Source: Curvularia clavata
Taxonomy: Eukaryota
Direction of reading: 5' to 3'
NCBI GenBank assembly: GCA_023920165.1
Contig: CP089274.1
Coordinates: 1,054,001-1,118,000, forward strand
DNA length: 64,000 nucleotides
Positions 57,058 to 64,000 of this stretch are shown one piece after another. The translations under genes were made by a program, and so were the position numbers. The notes beneath the pieces were generated by a model. It was not told the DNA's origin and made no database searches. It saw only the letters and a program-made list of their open reading frames with translations. How positions within the stretch are numbered: position 1 is the first letter of the stretch; each line of letters starts with the position of its first letter.

Positions 57058-59631
57058 CTATTGCTGGGCGTTCTTGGCCATGGTGTTAAGGGCACTGCCG
57101 TTCTTGAACCACTCAATCTGGCCCTCGTTGAAGGTGTGAGAGAGCTTGATCTCGAAAGGCTTGCTGCCATCAGCGGGGTGGACGGTCATGGTCAGAGGCT
57201 TGCCAGGAGCAAGCTCGGTGGCGGCCAAGTCAACACGGTCGTTGGGGCCAATCTTGTCGTAGTCGGCAGGGTCAGAGAAGGTAAGAGGAAGCATACCCTG
57301 CTTCTTCAAGTTGGTCTCGTGGATACGAGCGAAGGAGCGGGTGATGATGGCAGCGCCACCCAAGTGCCTGGGCTCAAGTGCAGCGTGCTCGCGGGAAGAA
57401 CCCTCGCCGTAGTTCCAGTCACCAACGACAACCCATGGGACGCCGTTCTTCTTGTAGTCACGGGCGACATCGGGAACCGCGCCGTACTCGCCAGTGAGTG
57501 AGTTCTTGACCTTGTTGGCCTCGCCATTCTCAGCGTTGATGGCACCAATCAACATGTTGTTGGAGATGTTGTCCAAATGTCCACGGTACTTCAACCAGGG
57601 ACCGGCCATGGAGATGTGGTCAGTGGTGGTCTTGCCTTGGCACTTGATGAGGATTGGAAGGTCCTTCAAATCGCTGCCGTTCCAGGCGGAGAAGGGGGAG
57701 AGGAGCTGGAGACGGTCGGAGGTGGGGGAAACGGCAACCTGGACGGAAGCACGGTCTTCAGGAGGAGCCTGGTAAGTATCCTGTCCTGGGTCGTAGCCCC
57801 TGGTGGGAAGACCCAAGCCGGAGGGCTCCTTGAGCTTGAACTTCTTGCCGTCGGCTCCAGTGAGCTCGTCAGTCAAAGGATTGAAGTTCAAGGTTCCAGC
57901 AATGGACATAGCGACCACAAGGTCAGGAGAGGTAACGAACGAGTGTGTTGCCGGATTGGCGTCGTTGCGGCCTGTGAAGTTCCTGTTGTACGAAGAGACA
58001 ATAGAGTTTGCTTCTCCCTTCTTAACGTCGCGACGATCCCACTGTAGTTGTTAGTCAGAACATTTTACGCAAGTCAGACGGTATTTGCAGCAACAAACTA
58101 AGCAAAACAACGATAAAAAACGAAAGGCAGTGTTTAAAAGAGATTGTAGTTGCCATGGAGTATTGTGCAAAACAGGAGAGGTGGAAAAGAAATGCTGATG
58201 CGGGTAACGTACCTGACCAATGCATGGACCGCAAGCGTTGGCGAGAACCATTCCGCCAAACTCCTCAAAGGTCTTGAGCTGACCGTCACGCTCAATGGTG
58301 GCGCGAATCTGCTCGGAACCAGGGGTGACGGTAAACAGAGACTTGGCCTTGAGGCCGTGGGCCATAGCATCCTCGGCGATGGAGGCAGCGCGGGTCATGT
58401 CCTCATACGAAGAGTTGGTGCAAGAACCAATGAGACCAACCTTGAGCTCTTCAGGCCACTTGTTGGCCTTGACAGCCTCCTTGAACTTGCTGATGGGTGT
58501 AGCTAGATCGGGTGTGAAAGGACCGTTGATGTGGGGCTCGAGCTCGGAAAGGTTGATCTCGATGAGCTCGTCGTATTCGGCGCCCTCATCCTCGCGGAGC
58601 TCCTGAGCGTACTCGCGAGCAAAGTCACCAATCTGCTGGCGCTTGGTGGCGGCAAGGTAGTCGTACATGCGATCGTTGAAGGGGAAAACGGAGGTGGTGG
58701 CACCGATTTCAGCACCCATGTTGCAGATGGTGGCCATACCAGTGCAGGAAAGGCTCTCGGTACCGGGTCCGTGGTATTCGACAATGGCACCAGTTCCACC
58801 CTTGACGGTCAGAATACCGGCGACCTTGAGGATAATGTCTGTAGCTATCGTTAGCGCGGGTTACCCCACTTGTAGCAAATATTGCCAGTACGTACCCTTG
58901 GGAGCAGTCCAGCCAGACATCTTGCCAGTAAGCTTAACACCAATGACCTTGGGGGCCTTGAGTTCCCAGGGGAGGCCAGCCATGACATCGACAGCGTCGG
59001 CACCACCAACACCAATAGCAGCCATACCCAGACCACCAGCGTTGGGAGTGTGCGAGTCAGTACCAATGAGGAGAGCACCAGGGAAAGCGTAGTTCTCAAG
59101 CACAATCTGGTGGATGATACCAGAGCCGGGCTTCCAGAAACCAATGTTGTACTTTGCGCAAGAGGTCGAGAGGAAGTCGTAGACCTCCTTGTTGATCTCA
59201 TTGGCGCGGGCCAAATCCTTCTCACCACCGACCTGGGCCTCGATGAGATGGTCGCAGTGAACCGTGGTAGGGGTAGCAACAGAGGGCAGACCAGCTGACA
59301 TGAACTGGAGGATAGCCATCTGAGCGGTGGCATCCTGGCAGGCTACACGGTCGGGGCGGAGCTTGAGGTAGCTGGAGCCACGCTCAATCTCCTGGTTGTG
59401 GGGGTCGTCCAAGTGGGAGTAGAGAATCTTCTCGGCGAGGGTAAGGGGGCGGTTGAGACGGGAACGGACGACGCCCAGGTTCTCACTCATCTTCTGGTAG
59501 TTGATGTAGTGGCCCTTTTCCCAGTTGGTCATCTCGACCTTGCGAGAGAGGGCAGCATCGCTGACGGTGGCCAATTGCCTGCGCGAAGCAAGGCTCTGGC
59601 CCAGGCGGCCGAGCCTCGAGAACTTCTGCAT
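57058..59631 (-). CDS. aco1: Mitochondrial aconitate hydratase
   Basis: [56 protein letters not shown] and [12 protein letters not shown]. Two introns. Confidence 0.97.
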
Positions 59632-59730
59632 GGTGAGGGTTACAGGAGGGAGGTGTGGAGGAAGAGTGATGGAGAGCGGAGGGAAAAGACGGGCAGAAAG
59701 CTGCCGCAAGTTGGGCGATAACTAATGAAG

Positions 59731-59750
59731 ATCACAAGCACGATGATTGG
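59731..59750 (-). promoter_or_regulatory. Putative CBC:HapX bipartite site upstream of aconitase
   Basis: Minus strand CCAAT-CATCGTGCTTGT-GAT matches CSAAT-N12-RWT, 100 bp upstream of the ATG. Confidence 0.5.
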
Positions 59751-60344
59751 TTCGTCTAGCCCCAGCTGGGTGCGGAATACCTCGGCGCCAGAGTAAAAAC
59801 AAGACGGACAGCTCCTGTCCCGCTGGGCCGTTTCACGTGCTTGGACAGGCGATTGTGGGTAGGATTGGGAATTATGGAGATGTCGTGTGTGTGAGTGGCA
59901 CCGAACATTTATCGGGCCTTGGAATACTGCGGCAGTGAGCGACTCTGCCACGACACGACACGGGAGAGCTATGGGCGTTCATTCAGACGTCATATCCGGC
60001 ACCCGTGAAGCGACCCCGCGTCCGTTTCTTTTGCTGCTGATTGGGCGTCTGGTGATAAGACCACATGGGCAGACGTAGGCCAGCCCGGCTCGAGTGCGAC
60101 ATTTCCGGCCCAACAGTTGCAGTGCCGTATTGACCCTGGGCCTGCAGACGGTGCAAATTTGGCGTCTGGAGCAACAGTACCATTTGCTGTTACTCTATCA
60201 GGTCTAGCTCTTCAAGACTTTCTGACCTGCAGACTCCCGCACGGCCCTCTGCCCTCCGCTGTCCCCACACGCGAACTCTGCCCATAGCCGACAGCCACGC
60301 TCCCTCACGGATAACCGACGGCCGCGGATACAGCATACGACGCC

Positions 60345-60758
60345 ATGCCAGCCATCCGAGGACAGGACTCGAAGAAGAAGACTCGCCGTTATACGCGCGA
60401 CCTCGACCAGATTCATGCCGATTTGCACGACGAGAAGCACCTAGCCGCCTTCAAGAATGAGAAGCCCATAGAGGACCTGCCCGGCCTGGGCCAGCACTAC
60501 TGCAAAGAATGCGCAAAGTTTTTTGAGAGCGACGCCAACCTCGCGGCGCATCAGAAGGGCAAGGTTCACAAGCGGAGGTGAGTTTCTTTGGAGTACATGT
60601 AGGAACAAATGCTGATAGTCCACAGAGTTAAGCAATTGCGCGAAGAACCATACTCGCAAAAGGAAGCAGAGGCAGCCATCGGCCTCATGACCAACAACGG
60701 AACCCGCACGACCGCACCCGCAGCGCCCATGGAGGTGGATCAGGTTGCATCTGCTTAG
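60345..60758 (+). CDS. bud20: Pre-60S zinc-finger protein Bud20/ZNF593
   Basis: TRRYTRDLDQIHAD, DLPGLGQHYCKECAKFF...HQKGKVHKRR|VKQLREEPYSQKEAEAA. One intron. Confidence 0.93.
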
Positions 60759-61408
60759 GCATGTGGTGGTCGCCACCAACATGCATTATATCTGATGGAG
60801 GAACTTTTGCGCCACCAGAGGATGAAGGAGGTCAATTTCTGTGAGAAGTTGAGATGGGGAAATCGATGCATTGCATGGCGTTCAAAATTGGGACATGGAA
60901 TATAGAGGGGTCAAAAGTTATACGATACCCCAGATTTCAATCAAACTCAAGTTTCGCAATCATGGTTGTAGTCGTGGTCATGTAGTGCTGTTGCATGTGA
61001 AAGACATGACTTGCTCCTGCAAAATCAAACATCATATATAAAAATACTTGGCCATGAAAAAGAATTAGTAATGCAAAAGCACTATTTGGCTTGAGAAACA
61101 TTGCTAGTGAAATACTACTGCCAGTCACACTATACCTGAATGCTAGGCACCAAGGCACCCGTGTTGGCGTGGTGCCTGAACGTTGCCTGCTAGCTACCTA
61201 AACGGCCTTGTTCCACTAACAACCAACATCATCTTTGACATAAAGACCAAACCCTGTAACGCCCTACCACAACATATAAACCCAGAACTATACAACACTC
61301 TCCATCAATCTCAATAGATTTCAAACGACATCCCTTCTAAAGAGAAAAAAAAAACAGTCTCCAAAGACCCGAGCCATCCAAAAAACCACCCCTCGCCAAG
61401 CACCAAAA

Positions 61409-62326
61409 ATGGAGTACAAGACTACGCCCCTCTACGGCGGCGCAATCACCCTGGACCTACCCTCGGACTTTTCTGACGCCTCGTACGTTCCCCTCCCTTC
61501 CCTGCTCGCTCTTTCCCTGTACTTCCACCTTAGTCGCTCTTTCCCTACCCAAGTCATTCTTTTCCTGTTCTAGTTGCTCTTCTCCCACCAATCTCCTATC
61601 TAACCAATCCCCCCAGCCTAATCCGCCAGATCCCTTCGCACCAGGAAGTCTACCTGCACAACACGGGCTACACCAGCATCGTGCTCGAGATCCTCGAGTA
61701 TGTCGACAAGCCCTCGGACGAAGAAGCGCTGCAGTACCATTTCGCCGATTTAGTCGATGGCACAGGTGATACTACCACCATTGTTGCGCAGGGGAGTGCT
61801 GTGATGAAGAGCTTGTAAGTATAGCACCACCCACTTTGTCTTTGTTTCTTCGTTTGATGAAACTCGGTGGGAAGTTTGGAAGAAGAAAAAGATACAAGGA
61901 AGAACACAGACAAGAGACAAGGAAAGAGCTAACGCATCCAAAGGCCACACACACCCGTCCTAGCTCTGAATTTCATTCAAACGCCACCTGCACCTGTCCC
62001 CGGTGCTCCTGTGCGAAAGACACCAGAGTACACTTTCATTCAACTTCTTGTCATCCGGTTGAAAGAACAGGGTACAGATGTAAGTGACTATCTCCTCTCC
62101 ATTCTCTCTTCTTCCCTTCTTTTCCAATTATAAGACTGGCGAGATGGAAGTTTGCTAACGAAAAAAAAAGATTCTTGTTTCGATAAACAGCCCGCATTAT
62201 CCTGGGGAGTATGTCCCAGCTGCTGCGCCGGGCGAGGAGACGCAGTTGATCCGTGAAGCCAAGGGAATGAAGGACAAGGTGCTAGAAAGTTTTGAGATCA
62301 AGGAGTGGGGTTTGTTTGATGGTTGA
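61409..62326 (+). CDS. mog1: Ran guanine nucleotide release factor Mog1 (Mog1p/PsbP-like)
   Basis: Four short exons not in the ORF track: MEYKTTPLYGGAITLDLPSDFSDAS|LIRQIPSHQEVY...SIVLEILE...ALQYHFADL|...LLVIRLKEQGTD|ILVSINSP...FEIKEWGLFDG*. Confidence 0.88.
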
Positions 62327-62960
62327 AGATGGGGCGGAAGAGGTTTGGATCAATGATAGTTAGGTAGGTAGGAATGGGGAAGAGATGAAGAAATAAGATA
62401 GAATAGACTAAATCAAATATCACAGCACATTAAACTGCAATTCCAGTTGGACCTCATACATGTATTCATGTCTTTTTCCTTCTTTCATGGCCCGTTTTAC
62501 ACGAGCATATCTCAGTATAGCCACCCTCACTCACAACGAGTAAGACGCGAAAACAAAGATACCAAGCTCACCTGCGAGGAAAAGCTATCGATACAATACA
62601 CGATAAACAACTGTGACAAATATAGCTACATTCCAAAGCAGATTTGCCATTTTCCGGTTGACCGGTCGTAAGAAAGATAATTTTTTTACAAGTAATTTTT
62701 CTGCGCCATAGTACTACCACAACAGTTTCGTTCATCGTGAAGAAAAGCACTCTGGGTATATGCCCTCATTCCCTCATCCTTTCAAGAATTCTTTCCCAGA
62801 TGCACCCACCAGTCTATATTCACTTATCCCCCACATACGCCATGGTATCTTGTAAAATATCTGAACAACAACAAACACCATCACATGCTTATACCCATTT
62901 TCTCGATCCAATCTTCGTGGCATTCCATCTTCTGCTGTCTGCTTCTCGACTCCATCCATA

Positions 62961-64000
62961 TCACCGCCTCGTCCGAGTTTCATCCGCACGCGATACACCA
63001 TTCACAGGTTGAGCAGCGAGAAAAGGCGACGGGGGAAGCTCAGCTGGTGTGCCAGTCGCTTGGATGTCTTGCATTAGCGCAGGGTCAACCGGCATGTCGA
63101 AAGTGTTTTGCTGTTGCGGAGAATAGTGCTGATAGACATGTGCAGAGTGGGAGGCTGTGAGTGGCATCTGAGTCGACGGAAGATCAGGAGGAGGCGCAGG
63201 AGGTTGCGAAGGAGAGAAAACAGTAGGTGGTGTCGGCGTGAGCGTCTTCTGCGCAGCAAAGGCAGACGCTGATCGTGCTTCTGCGCGCGCCTGGTTCTGG
63301 CCCTGTCGCATGGCTGATAAACCCTTGTTCATCTCGCTGCACTCAGGACAGTTTCTGATGACTTGACTGACAGTCTCTTTGATGCGGACCCAGTGGTAGA
63401 GCTCGGCAATGGCCGCAGTAGTCTTGTTGATGCCGCCATGTTGCTTGTGATGTATTTCCTGGGCAATCTCATACTGCTGCTTCGGGTCGGCAATCACCTC
63501 CTTGCCTTTGAGCCACAGCTTCTCGGGTTCGTTGTCGTTGCCAGGCGTCAGCTTGTAGTGGGTCGCAGCGCTACGAAGACGGCTCTTTTCTGCTCGGTCG
63601 GCGCCGTTGGGGTACTTCCCATTCTTGAGGTAGAAACGGATCTTGTCGAACCGCTCTTCCGACACGAACTCATCATCCTGACCCAAGTCTCGACCGTAGA
63701 TGATGGCGTCGACGAGTTCGCCCGGATACGACTTCAGATTACCGCATCCCTTTACGCGACCGATGCGCTTGAAGCCAAGTCCATCCCATATGCGACAGGA
63801 CGCAACATTGGTCTCGTAGACAAGATTGAAGACGGAATAGGTATAACCCTAGGCTTGTTAGGGCAACTTCTGCGCATCTCTCGACTGTGCAAACCTACCA
63901 GCTTCGGAGCCCAGTCCAAATACGTCTCGCCCATTAACCGACCAACACCACGATTCCGCGACGCATCTGTAACAAGGAAGCCGCCGTTGCAGACATGGCT
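62961..64000 (-). CDS. spt10: Spt10-like GNAT histone acetyltransferase with an H2C2 zinc-binding domain, 5'-truncated by the window edge
   Basis: SHVCNGGFLV...RNRGVGRLMGETYLDWAPKL|GYTYSVFNLVYETNVASCRIWDGLGF, EERFDKIRFYL, and HHKQHGGINKTT...YHWVRIKETVSQVIRNCPEC. Confidence 0.92.

Noticed and set aside
62961..63500. Retroelement integrase zinc finger (H2C2)
   Set aside because: It is the known native domain of Spt10, in frame with the GNAT domain.

Overview
This 64 kb window is from a filamentous ascomycete (Pezizomycotina; short GT-AG introns with CTRAC-type branch points). It holds about 27 protein-coding genes. Housekeeping genes include a sulfite oxidase-like enzyme, ubc7, SGT1/ecdysoneless, pcp1-like SPB protein, a WLM protease, ung1, eIF2A, dal3, an SprT/GCNA-like protease, aco1, bud20, mog1 and a 5'-truncated spt10. 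Accessory genes include an EF-hand NADPH oxidase (NoxC-like), an HSL-type hydrolase, a PTH11-like receptor, a Zn2Cys6 TF, a secreted class II peroxidase, a P450, a ThuA-like protein, an FMO and a con-10-like protein. The most notable features are: (1) a head-to-head pair of a tandem-retropepsin protease gene and a DUF6594-like 3-TM gene, laid out like fungal protease/effector cell-death loci; (2) a long, strand-specific RNA stem structure inside eIF2A intron 2; (3) a decayed composite mobile region at 53.6-56.8 kb; (4) an exonuclease pseudogene fragment and a perfect 17-bp minisatellite at about 50 kb. No rRNA, tRNA or CRISPR array was recognised. All family calls come from motif recognition by eye; no database searches were run.
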